DNA of 64,000 bases from assembly GCA_963766715.1 (NCBI GenBank), contig CAVYBH010000001.1:192001-256000 (forward strand). Reading direction: 5' to 3'. Origin of the DNA: an uncultured delta proteobacterium (GTDB taxonomy: Bacteria > Myxococcota > Myxococcia > Myxococcales > Anaeromyxobacteraceae). The notes below the pieces were generated by a model that searched no databases, was not told the DNA's origin, and was given only the letters and a program-made list of their open reading frames with translations. Shown here piece by piece: positions 48,846-61,073 of this stretch; the stretch's first letter is position 1, and the number at the start of each line of letters is the position of its first letter. A program made the position numbers and the translations under genes.

Positions 48846-49229
48846 TCAGTGCTTCAGGGACGCCGGGTGCGCCTCCTCCTCGAAGCCGTGGGCCACGAGG
48901 AAGTGGTAGACCGCCGAGGGGTCGCTGGCGCCGCCCACCACCTCGAAGAGGAAGTGGCGCTCCCCTTCCTCCTCCGCCTCGAGGGTGGACTGCACGTAGA
49001 TCGCCTCGCGGACGTCGAGGACGATCTCGGCGATGATCTGCTTGCCCCGGACCAGCTGCACCGACGGGTTGCGGTCCGGGTCCTCCTCCAGGTGCCAGTG
49101 GAGGTCGTCCTGATCGTACAGCCAGACGTCGGGGGTGCCCGCCCGCAGGATGCAGTTGGGGTGGTGCTTCAACCACTTCCAGAAGCGTTCGAACGGGAGC
49201 GTGGCGCCCGACTGGACGGTGAGGGACAT
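48846..49229 (-). CDS. Conserved hypothetical protein
   Basis: 127 aa, GC3-biased; FERFWKWLKHHPNCILRAGTP...YHFLVAHGF. Confidence 0.65.
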   Translation of the reverse strand: MSLTVQSGATLPFERFWKWLKHHPNCILRAGTPDVWLYDQDDLHWHLEEDPDRNPSVQLVRGKQIIAEIVLDVREAIYVQSTLEAEEEGERHFLFEVVGGASDPSAVYHFLVAHGFEEEAHPASLKH

Positions 49230-49258
49230 GTGCGCGGGACTATAACCCCGCGGTGGCG

Positions 49259-49472
49259 TCAGGCGCTGGCCTGGGGCGGGTAGGCGACGGCGACCTGGCC
49301 GTTCGCCTCCCAGACGAACGGGCGCGGAGATCCAGCCGCAGCGGGCGCAGTAGCCGCGCATCGTGCCGGGCGTCGCCCGCACGCTCATGGGCCCCTCGCA
49401 CACGGCGCAGCCGCCGGAGACGGTGAATTCCCGGGACTCGGGGGCGGGGGTGGTGTCGCGGTCGGGATGCAT
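49259..49472 (-). CDS. Small Zn-ribbon protein (frameshift near 49322)
   Basis: CAVC...CARC pairs; upstream TTGCCA-16 nt-TACCTT promoter. Confidence 0.55.
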
Positions 49473-49539
49473 GTCGTCGAAGGTAACCACGCCCCGGGAG
49501 GTGGCAAGCGGTCCGTCGCGCCGGCAGCCGCCGCGGCGC

Positions 49540-50535
49540 TCAGCCGCGCGCCAGCCGGGGGAGCAGGTACCCGAGAGACCGGTCGTATCGGTAGTTCACG
49601 TCCCGGTGCCCGTCGTCGAACTCCTCGTGGACGGCCTCGACGCCGCCTTCGCGGAGCGACGCGGCGACCATGCGGGCGCCCCAGCGGAGGTTGAACTCGT
49701 CCCGCGTGCCGCAGTCGAGGAACACGCTCGAGAGCCGGCGGAAGGCGTCGAGCGACGCGGGGACGAAGCGGACCGGGTCGTGGGCGAGCCAGCGCTCCCA
49801 GACCTCGGGGCGGAGGCGCGCGGTCTCCGGGTCGAAGGGAAGCTCCAGGCCGGCCGGGGCGCCGGCCTTCGGGGAGTAGGCGGCGGCCATGGCCAGGATG
49901 TTGAGCGGTGCGTGGTCGTCGCCGCGCATCTTCGTCTCGAGGGCCCGGCGCCGGAGGTCCTCGAGCCAGGTACCGGGGTCCGTGCCGAGCAGCGCGCCCG
50001 CGGTGCGCGGGAAGTCGGGCAGGTAGCAGTACTCGAACGCGGCGTCCCCGGCGTGGGAGCCGACGTGGCCGAAGACGTCCGGGTGGTGGCGACCCATCAC
50101 GAGCGCGCCGTAGCCGCCGGACGACTTGCCCACCACCGCCCGGGCCGAGGGGTGGGGGAGGGTGCCCAGCTTCGCGTCGACGAAGGACACGACGTCCCGG
50201 GCCACGTAGTCGCGGTAGTCGCCGATGGCCGGGCTGTTCACCCACTGGCTGCCGCCGAACGCCGTCCAGCCGTCGATGAAGACCCCCACCGTGGGCGGGA
50301 CCTTGCCGGACGCGACGAGCCGGTCGAGCCGCTCCGGCACGGTGAGGCCGAAGCCCGGGAAGCCGGTCCAGGAGTGGGCACTGCCCGTGAACCCGTGGAG
50401 GAAGTAGACGGCCGGCAGGCCGGGGCGGAAGCCGGGCGGGCGGTACAGGTAGACGGGTCGGCGCGACGGGTCGCCGAGCGGGTTGCCGCGCAGCGCGGGT
50501 GCGTCGATCTCGTCCAGGTCCAGACGACCTTCCAT
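49540..50535 (-). CDS. Esterase (enterochelin esterase-like alpha/beta hydrolase)
   Basis: NPLGDP..R...VY.PP, LHGFTG, GKSSGGYGA, LDCG..DEF, EFDDGH. Confidence 0.85.
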   Translation of the reverse strand: MEGRLDLDEIDAPALRGNPLGDPSRRPVYLYRPPGFRPGLPAVYFLHGFTGSAHSWTGFPGFGLTVPERLDRLVASGKVPPTVGVFIDGWTAFGGSQWVNSPAIGDYRDYVARDVVSFVDAKLGTLPHPSARAVVGKSSGGYGALVMGRHHPDVFGHVGSHAGDAAFEYCYLPDFPRTAGALLGTDPGTWLEDLRRRALETKMRGDDHAPLNILAMAAAYSPKAGAPAGLELPFDPETARLRPEVWERWLAHDPVRFVPASLDAFRRLSSVFLDCGTRDEFNLRWGARMVAASLREGGVEAVHEEFDDGHRDVNYRYDRSLGYLLPRLARG

Positions 50536-50578
50536 GGGTCTCTCCCTCCGGTGGGTTACCGGATAGGATAGCCCGCTC

Positions 50579-51181
50579 ATGCCCTCCGGACTCGTCGAGA
50601 GCTTCGGCCACGCCCTGCGCGGACTCGTCGAGGTCACGGCGCGCGAGCGGAACATGAAGATCCACGTGCTGGCCGGCACCGGGGTCGGTCTCCTGGCCGC
50701 CGAGGTGGCGCTTCCGCTCCCGGCGCGCCTCGCGCTCGTGCTGGCCGTGATGCTGGTGGTGGCCGCCGAGATGGGCAACAGCGCGCTCGAGGCGCTCGTC
50801 GACCTGCACACGAAGGAGTTTCGCGAGGAGGCCCGCCGCGTGAAGGATGCCGCGGCCGGCGGCGTCCTCGTCCTCGCGATCGGTGCGGTGCTGCTCGCCC
50901 TCGCCGTCGCGGTGGGGAACTCGGACGCCGTCCGGGTGGCGTTCGAGCGGCGCGGCGTGCACCTCGTCCTCGCCGCCGGCGTGCTCCTGCTCGAGGGCTT
51001 CCTCCTCTTCGGCCGGGGCCGCTCCGCGCTCCTCGACGGCATCGCCATCGCGGTCGGGGCCGTGCTCGCGAGCTTCCTCGGATACGGCAGCCAGAGCGGC
51101 GCGCTGTCCCTCACCGCCATCTTCCTCTTCGCGCTCGCGGGATCGTCGGCGCTCTTCGCACGGTCCACGGAGAAGGCATGA
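50579..51181 (+). CDS. DgkA-family kinase (diacylglycerol/undecaprenol) with membrane extension
   Basis: SF.HALRG......ERN..IH, EMGNSALEALVDL, KDAAAGGVL. Confidence 0.8.
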   Translation: MPSGLVESFGHALRGLVEVTARERNMKIHVLAGTGVGLLAAEVALPLPARLALVLAVMLVVAAEMGNSALEALVDLHTKEFREEARRVKDAAAGGVLVLAIGAVLLALAVAVGNSDAVRVAFERRGVHLVLAAGVLLLEGFLLFGRGRSALLDGIAIAVGAVLASFLGYGSQSGALSLTAIFLFALAGSSALFARSTEKA

Positions 51182-52716
51182 GACTGCCGCGGTTCCTCGC
51201 CCTCCTCCTCGCCATCCATTCACCTTGCGTCGCGTTGCTGACGGTATCGCTGGCCGTCGCCAGGCCCTCCATCGCCGCCGCCGCGGAGGCGCTTCCGAAG
51301 TACGGCGTCTCCCCGCTCCTCCCGCCCGAGCACTGGGCGGTCCGCGCCGCGGCGCGCCTCGACGGCGTGGGGCTCGTCACCGGCTACCTGCCCGCCAACC
51401 AGGCCGCGCCCATGTACATGGTCTGGGCGGCGCTCGAGGAGGGGGCCCGCCGCGCGGAGAAGGAGCGGCCGGCCATGGCCGCGCTCGCCAGGGGCTGGAA
51501 GGAGAAGTTCCAGGCCGAGTGGCGCGGCATCGACGAGAAGGGGCTCCTCCGCTTCCTGGGCGGACAGGCGTCCATCGGCTACGAGTGGGACGGCGTCTCG
51601 CCGGAGCCCGCTGCGGTGCCGCCGGCCGCGTGGTCCCTCACCCCGCCGCACGACCCGACGCCGGTCCTGGCGGTCGAGGCCGCCGGCGCCCTCGACGACT
51701 ACCTGGCGCTGCTCGTCGCCCCGGTGGGCACGGCCTGGCAGCTGCGCTGGGCCGGCGAGCTCGTGGCCGGCATCGGCCCGGTGTCGCTGTCGGCCGGCCG
51801 CGCGCCCGCGCAGACCGGATTCGCGTCGCCCGGAGGCGGAGTGGTCTTCGGCGGAGAGTCCCTGCGCGACCGGGTGGCCTTCCAGATCTACCGGCCCGTG
51901 GACATCTACATCGGGCTCCTCACGCTCGACGTGTCGCTGGCGCGGCTGGGGTCGCCGCACCACGCCCCGAACACGCTTCTCTGGGAGTGGTCGCTCCAGT
52001 ACCAGCCGGTGCCGCGCCTCACCTTCGGCGTGCAGAGCGGGATCATGATGGGCGGCTCCACCTGGGAGACGCTGACCGGCGCGCCCTTCACCTTCAGCGA
52101 CTTCATGCACGTCATCACCTACCGGGGGAACGGATCCGAGAACAACCTCTTCTCGATCTCCGGGCGATGGCGGCTGCCCACCGAGGACTGGGTGCCCATC
52201 ACCATCTACGGCGAGTGGGGCGCCGACGACAACGGCGGGGCCTGGTACCAGGCCCCGGGCCTGGACGCCGGGATTCTCGTCCCCAGCCTGCCCTTCGCCC
52301 CCGAGGTCTCGGTCGGCCTCGAGTGGAGCTTCTTCGGCACGGTCTGCCAGCCAGGCGCGCCCGACGGCGGGCTCTGCCGCCCGCCCGACTTCCCGCTCAA
52401 CTGGTACACGCACGCCTACAGCTGGACGCAGTTCGACCAGCCGCTCGGCCACCGGATGGGCGGCAACGGCCGCGAGCTCTTCCTGTACGCCGCCGCCGAC
52501 CTGCTCGACGCGCGGCTCCTCGTGCGCGGCGACGTCTTCCTGCGCGACCGCTTCTCCGCCAACCTCTACGCGCCGTACACCGGCCGGAGCGGCGGCTTCG
52601 ACCTGCAGGCCACCTGGCGCATCGGGATCGGCGAGCTGGGCGTGAACGGCGGGCTGGAGGCCGGCAGCGGCTGGACCTCGGGCGGCGCCGGCGCGCGCGC
52701 GACCGTGTTCTTCTAG
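51178..52716 (+). CDS. Capsule assembly Wzi-like outer membrane protein
   Basis: Signal peptide; YGEWGADD, WYTH......QPLGHRMGGNG; C-terminal Phe; next to polysaccharide genes. Confidence 0.65.
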   Translation: MRLPRFLALLLAIHSPCVALLTVSLAVARPSIAAAAEALPKYGVSPLLPPEHWAVRAAARLDGVGLVTGYLPANQAAPMYMVWAALEEGARRAEKERPAMAALARGWKEKFQAEWRGIDEKGLLRFLGGQASIGYEWDGVSPEPAAVPPAAWSLTPPHDPTPVLAVEAAGALDDYLALLVAPVGTAWQLRWAGELVAGIGPVSLSAGRAPAQTGFASPGGGVVFGGESLRDRVAFQIYRPVDIYIGLLTLDVSLARLGSPHHAPNTLLWEWSLQYQPVPRLTFGVQSGIMMGGSTWETLTGAPFTFSDFMHVITYRGNGSENNLFSISGRWRLPTEDWVPITIYGEWGADDNGGAWYQAPGLDAGILVPSLPFAPEVSVGLEWSFFGTVCQPGAPDGGLCRPPDFPLNWYTHAYSWTQFDQPLGHRMGGNGRELFLYAAADLLDARLLVRGDVFLRDRFSANLYAPYTGRSGGFDLQATWRIGIGELGVNGGLEAGSGWTSGGAGARATVFF

Positions 52717-52726
52717 GCTCCGCGTC

Positions 52727-53782
52727 CTAGAAGGTCGCGTTCTGGCCTGGCGGCTCGTGGACGTTCGCGTCACGGCCCGTGGCGCCATGTGGGCCGCGCC
52801 CCGGACGCGTGTGCCGTCGGTGAACCGGTCCATCCAGTCGTCGCCGAAGGCCTGCCGGGCCGCGAGCTGGTTGTGGAACCGGCAGACGAGCCGGCAGTTC
52901 TCGACCGTCGAAGGACCGCCGCGGGCCCGCGGGATCACGTGGTCGATCTCCAGGCAGAGCTTCGAGTCGCAGGTGCCGCCGCCCTCGACCGGCCACTGGC
53001 ACCGGCCCTTGTCCCTCGCCCAGACGGCGCGCTTCACCGCGGGTGGCACCTGGCGCCGCCGCTTCTCCTGCTGCGCCAGGAGGAGGTCCAGCGCGGCATC
53101 CAGGACATGCTCCGCGGTCGCCCCGGGCTGGACGTGTGCCTGGCCTGCGCGCGCCCGCTCGAGCTTCTCGAGCAACTGCTTCGAGACGGTGACGTGGAGG
53201 CGGCGGAGGTCGGGGTGAGGCCACGGCCACGGAGCGGGACTACGGAAGGGGCACCGGACCGGAGGCTAAGCGGCGGCGGGAGCGCGGACCCTTTCGCGGT
53301 CGGGTCGGGTCCAGTTCAACCGGTTGAACTGGGAGTCGGGGGCGGCTGGCGGCGTCCGCGACGCGTCCGTCACGACCACCCGCCGCGGCACGAGCTCGGC
53401 CGGCCGGATCTCGACGGCCGTCGCCTGCGCCTCCCGCCTCGACAGGTGGAAGAAGCGCGGGAGCACGTCGGCCCGGTTCTCCGGGGTGATGACGCGGGCC
53501 AGCTCGATCACGCTGGTGATGCACAGCCTGCCGTCGCGGAGGGGCTCGACCACCTCCGGGTAGGCCTGCAGCAGCGTTGCTGCGACCTTGCGGTAGTGGG
53601 CGGACCCTCGGGAGAGCTGCAGCTCCCGGTGCAGGTAGTCGAACAGGCTCGCGTGGCCCAGCTCGACCCAGAGCCGTTGCCGGTCGAAGTCTGGCGAGCG
53701 CGACGAGGAAGTCGGCCATGGCGTCGTGCTCGCGGCGGAGGAGCTCGGTGAGGCGGAGGGAGGACTCGTGTGCGTGGTTCAT
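52727..53782 (-). CDS. HNH endonuclease with DUF222-like N-terminal domain (multiple frameshifts; possibly mobile or pseudogenised)
   Basis: VPPAVKRAVWARDKGRCQW...C....LEIDHVIPRARGGPSTVENCRLVCRFHN; N-terminal LRREH..ADFLVALA..F....LWVELGHASLF. Confidence 0.8.
53311..53332. repeat. Perfect 22-bp palindrome inside the HNH gene linker
   Basis: CCAGTTCAACCGGTTGAACTGG equals its own reverse complement. Confidence 0.9.
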
Positions 53783-53796
53783 GGGCGCGAGGGGCT

Positions 53797-53812
53797 TGCA
53801 GGTTCAGGGCCA
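53797..53812 (-). promoter_or_regulatory. Putative sigma54 promoter of the HNH gene
   Basis: Minus strand TGGCCCTGAACCTGCA = GG-N10-GC; 15 nt before the ATG. Confidence 0.55.
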
Positions 53813-53926
53813 CGGGCGGATCGAGCCGTGCAAGCGCCCTGGAGGGGCGAAATCGACACCCAGGCCGATGCAGCCTCGTTCTTCCCCGAGGTATCCGGTC
53901 GGCTGCTGGTAGACTCCCGGCCACTC

Positions 53927-55121
53927 ATGCGCTGCCGAATTCCTACCTTTCTCGCCCGCCCGACATCCCGGACGAGGGCATCCGTGCGGTCGAGGAGCTC
54001 CTCCGCTCCGACTGGCCCACCACCGGAGCCCGCGCCCGCCAGTTCGAGGAGGAGTTCGCGGCCTACGTGGGGTCGACGGCCGCGCTCGCGGTGAGCTCCG
54101 GGACGGCGGCGATGCAGGTCTCGCTGGCGGCTTTCGGCGTCCGCGCCGGCGACCGGGTCGCCACCACGCCGCTGACCTTCTGCGCGACCGCCCACGTGAT
54201 CGAGCACATGGGCGCGAGGCCCGTGTTCGTCGACGTGGACCCGGAGACGCTCGACATCTCCCCGGCCGAGCTCGAGCGGGCGCTCTCCGCGCGAGAAGTT
54301 CGCCGCGATCATGCCCGTGCACCTCTACGGGCACCCGTGCGACATGGATCCCATCCTCGCGCTGGCGAGGAGCCACGGCTGCGTGGTCGTCGAGGACGCC
54401 GCCCATGCGTTCCCGGCCACCTACCGGGGCGGCCACGTGGGCTCGCTCGCCGAGCGGGCCGGCGTGCCGGGCTCCGCGTGCTTCTCCTTCTACGCCACGA
54501 AGAACATCACCACCGTCGAGGGCGGGATGGTCACCGGCGACGCCGACTTCATCGCCGAGGCGCGCCTCTGGAGCCTGCACGGCATCGATCGGGACACCTG
54601 GGCGCGGCAGCACGGCGGCAGCTCCTGGGGCTACGAGGTGGTGCGCCCCGGGATTCAAGTGCAACATGCCCGACATCTCGGCCGTCCTCGGGCTCGCGCA
54701 GCTCCAGCGCGTGCGTGCCATGCAGCGGCGCCGCCGGGAGATCGTCGCGCGGTACAACCAGGCCTTCGCCCAGGTGCCCGGGCTGCAGCTCCCCGCCAAC
54801 CGGCCGGAGGTCGGGCACGCCTGGCAACTCTACGCGCTCCGCCTGGATCCGGCGGCCTTCCGCTGGGAAGCCGGGGACTGCCAGACGGGCTTCATCGAGG
54901 CCCTCAAGGACCGGAACATCGGGGCCTCGGTGCACTTCGTCCCGCTGCACCTGCAGCCCTACTACCGCGACCGCTACGGTCTCCGGCCCGAAGACTTCCC
55001 GGTCGCCGACCGGGAGTCGCGGCGCCTGGTCAGCCTTCCCCTCTTCACGCGGATGACCGACGTGGACGTCCAGGACGTCATCGAGGCCGTCGTCGACGTG
55101 GTGACCCGAAACCGCCGATGA
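53927..55121 (+). CDS. DegT/DnrJ/EryC1/StrS aminotransferase (several frameshifts)
   Basis: AVSSGTAA, PVHLYG, EDAAHA, FSFYATKNITT.EGG, GFKCNMPD, SVHF.PLHLQPYY. Confidence 0.88.
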
Positions 55122-55171
55122 ACCCCGACGAGCCGCGAGCCCCGAGCGAGTCGAGGACCCGAGGAGGTCGA

Positions 55172-55872
55172 ATGACCGAGACCGGAAAGGCGGCCCGGGA
55201 GGCCGAGCGGATCCGGCAGGTGTACGCCGAGTACGACGCCAGCCCGGACGCCCAGAGGCGATGGACCCCGCCCAGCCGGGCAACGCCGCGAACCGCGCCC
55301 GACTGAAGGACGGGCTGGCCGCCCTGCTGCCCGGCATCGCGGGGATGGACGTGCTCGAGATCGGTTGCGGCCCCGGCGACGTCCTGGAGCTCATGAAGGA
55401 GATCGGCGCCCGGGAGGAGCGGCTCACCGGCGTCGACCTGCGAGAGGGTGCGATCCGCCAGGCAGCAGCGCGACTCCCGCGCGCCACGCTTCGCGTCGAG
55501 AACGCGGAGCGGCTCCCCTTCGCCGACGCGTCCTTCGACGCCGTGCTGCTCTTCACCGTGCTGAGCTCCGTCCTGAACGGCGAGTCCCAGGAAGCCATCG
55601 CCGCCGAGGCGGCGCGCGTGCTCCGTCCGGGGGGCGTCGTCGTCTGGTACGAGATGCGCCTGCCCAACCCCTGGAACCGGCACGTGCGCCCCGTCTCCCG
55701 GCGCGACGTGGCCAGGCTCTTCCCGGGCCTGGAGCCCGACCTGAGCGGCGCGACGCTCGTCCCCCAGCTGGCCCGGATGCTGGGACCGCTGACCGGCGCG
55801 ATGTTCCCGCTGCTCCACGCGTTCCCCGTGCTCCGCTCCCACTGGCTGGGGCTGCTCCGGAAGCGTGCGTGA
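55172..55872 (+). CDS. Class I SAM-dependent methyltransferase (frameshift near 55262)
   Basis: VLEIGCGPG, GVDL, LPFADASFDAV, RVLRPGG. Confidence 0.8.
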
Positions 55873-56447
55873 CGCGCCTGCTCGACATCGTCGGCGCCGC
55901 GCTCCTCCTGCTCCTCTTCTCTCCCGTCCTCCTGGTGGCAGGGATCCTCGTCGCATGGGATTCGCCGGGCGGCGTCCTCTTCGGGCAGGAGCGGATCGGG
56001 CAGGGGATGAGGCCGTTTCGCATCCACAAGCTGCGAACCATGTCGGTGGCGCCCGGCGTTCCGGACTTCGACCTCACGTCCACGCGGATCACGCGCGTGG
56101 GTCGCTGGCTGCGGCGCTGGAAGCTGGACGAGCTGCCGCAGCTCTGGAACGTGCTCGTGGGAGAGATGAGCTTCGTCGGCCCGCGTCCCGAGCTTCGCCG
56201 CTACGTGGAGCTCTTCCGGAGCGACTACGAGGTGCTCCTCCGGCGCCGCCCGGGCCTGACCGACCCGGCGTCGATCGCGTACCGCCACGAGGCCGAGATG
56301 CTGGCCCGGGACCCGGACCCCGAGGCGGCCTACGTGGGGAGGATCCTTCCCGACAAGCTGCGGCTTTCCCGGGAGTACGCCGGGAGCCGGACGCTGCTCA
56401 CCGACCTCGGCGTCGTCCTTCGGACCGTCGGCTCCCTGTTCGGCTGA
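55869..56447 (+). CDS. Small monotopic phosphoglycosyl transferase (PglC-like bacterial sugar transferase)
   Basis: F.QERIG, KLRTM, LRRWKLDELPQLWNVL.GEMSFVGPRPE, PGLT. Confidence 0.88.
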   Translation: MTRLLDIVGAALLLLLFSPVLLVAGILVAWDSPGGVLFGQERIGQGMRPFRIHKLRTMSVAPGVPDFDLTSTRITRVGRWLRRWKLDELPQLWNVLVGEMSFVGPRPELRRYVELFRSDYEVLLRRRPGLTDPASIAYRHEAEMLARDPDPEAAYVGRILPDKLRLSREYAGSRTLLTDLGVVLRTVGSLFG

Positions 56448-56497
56448 AGCGCCCCCGAGCGCCCGGTACCGCCGGCGCGCGGCCGCCGCGCTCCCAG

Positions 56498-58542
<2,045 letters not shown>

Positions 58543-58611
58543 CGAGCGACCGCGAGCCCCGCCCCCGCGGGAATGGACTCCGGGCGGCGATCCGCGCTAG
58601 TCACTCCCTCC

Positions 58612-59502
58612 ATGCCATCCGCACGGAAGGGGATCATCCTGGCCGGGGGGTCGGGAACGCGGCTCTACCCGGCCACGCTGTCGGTCTCGAAGCAGCTGCT
58701 CCCCATCTACGACAAGCCGATGATCTACTACCCGATGTCGGCCCTCATGCTGGCCGGCATCCGGGAGATCCTGGTCATCTCCACGCCCCAGGACACCCCG
58801 CGCTTCGCGCAGCTCCTCGGCGACGGCAGCGCCTGGGGCATGCGCATCGCGTACACGGTCCAGCCCAGCCCGGACGGGCTCGCCCAGGCCTTCATCCTGG
58901 GGGCCGACTTCGTCCGCGGCGGGCCGTCGGCGCTCGTGCTCGGCGACAACATCTTCTACGGCCACGACTTCCACCAGCTGCTCCAGGGCGCCGACGCGCG
59001 GAAGGAAGGGGCGACCGTCTTCGCCTACGCCGTCACCGACCCGGAGCGCTACGGCGTGGTCGAGTTCGACGCCAGGAAGCGGGCCATCTCCATCGAGGAG
59101 AAGCCCCAGAAGCCCAAGTCGCGCTACGCCGTCACCGGCCTCTACTTCTACGACGAGCAGGTGGTCGACTACGCACGCAGCGTGAAGCCGTCGGCCCGCG
59201 GCGAGCTGGAGATCACCGACCTCAACCGCATCTACCTCGAGGCCGGCACGCTCGACGTGGAGATCATGGGGCGCGGCTACGCCTGGCTCGACACCGGCAC
59301 GCACGAGTCGCTGCTCGAGGCCGGCCAGTTCATCTCCACCATCGAGAAGCGGCAGGGGCTCAAGGTGGCCTGCCCGGAGGAGGTGGCCTGGCGCCAGGGC
59401 TGGATCGACGACGCCCAGCTCGCCGCCTGCGCGAAGGCGCTCGGCAAGTCGAGCTACGGCCAGTACCTGCGCGGCCTGCTCGAGCAGAAGGTCTTCACGT
59501 GA
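58612..59502 (+). CDS. rfbA: Glucose-1-phosphate thymidylyltransferase
   Basis: [48 protein letters not shown]. Confidence 0.96.
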   Translation: MPSARKGIILAGGSGTRLYPATLSVSKQLLPIYDKPMIYYPMSALMLAGIREILVISTPQDTPRFAQLLGDGSAWGMRIAYTVQPSPDGLAQAFILGADFVRGGPSALVLGDNIFYGHDFHQLLQGADARKEGATVFAYAVTDPERYGVVEFDARKRAISIEEKPQKPKSRYAVTGLYFYDEQVVDYARSVKPSARGELEITDLNRIYLEAGTLDVEIMGRGYAWLDTGTHESLLEAGQFISTIEKRQGLKVACPEEVAWRQGWIDDAQLAACAKALGKSSYGQYLRGLLEQKVFT

Positions 59503-60066
59503 AGATCACCCCCACCTCGATCCCGGACGTCGTGGTGATCGAGCCGCAGGTCTTCGGCGACGCGCGCGGCTTCTTCTTCGAGAGCTTCAACCAGAAGAAG
59601 CTGGAGGCGGCGCTGGGGCGCCCCATGGGCTTCGTGCAGGACAACCACAGCCGCTCGGCCCGCGGCGTGCTGCGCGGGCTGCACTACCAGCTGCCCTTCC
59701 CGCAGGGGAAGCTGGTGCGGGTGATCCAGGGCGAGATCCTGGACGTGGCCGTGGACATCCGGCGCGGGTCCCCCACCTTCGGGAAGTGGGAGAGCGACGT
59801 CCTCACCGCCGAGAACAAGCGGCAGCTCTGGGTGCCGGAAGGCTTCGCCCACGGCTTCCTGGTGCTCTCGGAGGTGGCCGAGGTGCTCTACAAGACCACC
59901 GGCTACTACCACCCGGAGCACGAGCAGTGCATCCGCTGGGACGACCCCGCCATCGGGATCGCCTGGCCGCTCTCCGGCGCGCACGCCGAGGCTCTCGGCG
60001 AAGGACGCGGCGGGGAAGCCGCTCTCGGAAGCCCGCGTCTTCGAACAGGGGGATCTCTCGCGATGA
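59499..60066 (+). CDS. rfbC: dTDP-4-dehydrorhamnose 3,5-epimerase (frameshift near 59985)
   Basis: [39 protein letters not shown]. Confidence 0.93.
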
Positions 60067-61073
60067 ACGTGCTCCTCACCGGCGGTAGCGGCTTCATCGG
60101 CTCCAACCTGGTCCGGCTGCTGCTGGCCGAGCGCCCCGACTGGCGCATCGTCAACCTCGACAAGCTCACCTACGCCGGCAACGCCGAGAACCTGGCCGAC
60201 CTGGCCGGCAACCCGCGCTACCGGTTCGTGCGCGGCGACATCTGCAACGGCGAGCTCATCGCCGACGTCTTCCGCACCGAGAAGATCGAGGCGGTGATGC
60301 ACCTGGCCGCCGAGAGCCACGTCGACCGCTCGATCCTGGCGCCGTCCATCTTCATCGAGACCAACGTGCGCGGCACCCAGGTGCTCCTCGAGGCCGCCCG
60401 CGAGTTCGGCGTGAAGCGCTTCCTGCACGTCTCCACCGACGAGGTCTACGGCTCGCTCGGCCCCACCGGCCTCTTCACCGAGAAGACCCCGCTCGACCCG
60501 TCGTCGCCGTACTCGGCGTCGAAGGCCTCCTCCGACCTGCTGGCGCTGGCCTACGCGCACACCTTCCACCTCCCGGTGGTGGTGACCCGCTGCTCCAACA
60601 ACTACGGCCCGTTCCAGTTCCCGGAGAAGCTCATCCCGCTCATGATCGCGAACGCCATCCGCGACCTGCCGCTGCCGGTGTACGGCGACGGGATGAACGT
60701 GCGCGACTGGATCCACGTCGAGGACCACGGCCGCGGGCTGCTCGCCGCGCTGGAGAAGGGGAAGGACGGCGAGGTCTACAACTTCGGCGCCTCCTCGGAG
60801 CGGCACAACATCGACATCGTGAAGCAGGTGCTGCGGCTGGTGGGCAAGCCCGAGTCGCTCATCCAGTACGTGAAGGACCGGCTCGGCCACGATCGCCGCT
60901 ACGCCATCGACTCGACGAAGGCCCAGGAGAAGCTCTCCTGGGCGCCGCGCCACAAGTTCGAGGACGCGCTCGCCGCCACGGTGCGCTGGTACGTGGAGCA
61001 CCGCCCCTGGTGGGAGCGGATCATCTCGGGCGAGTACCTCAAGTACTACGAGAAGCAGTACGGAGGCCGGTAG
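60063..61073 (+). CDS. rfbB: dTDP-glucose 4,6-dehydratase
   Basis: GGSGFIGSN, DKLTYAGN, AAESHVDRS, STDEVYG, YSASK, NNYGP. Confidence 0.95.
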   Translation: MNVLLTGGSGFIGSNLVRLLLAERPDWRIVNLDKLTYAGNAENLADLAGNPRYRFVRGDICNGELIADVFRTEKIEAVMHLAAESHVDRSILAPSIFIETNVRGTQVLLEAAREFGVKRFLHVSTDEVYGSLGPTGLFTEKTPLDPSSPYSASKASSDLLALAYAHTFHLPVVVTRCSNNYGPFQFPEKLIPLMIANAIRDLPLPVYGDGMNVRDWIHVEDHGRGLLAALEKGKDGEVYNFGASSERHNIDIVKQVLRLVGKPESLIQYVKDRLGHDRRYAIDSTKAQEKLSWAPRHKFEDALAATVRWYVEHRPWWERIISGEYLKYYEKQYGGR

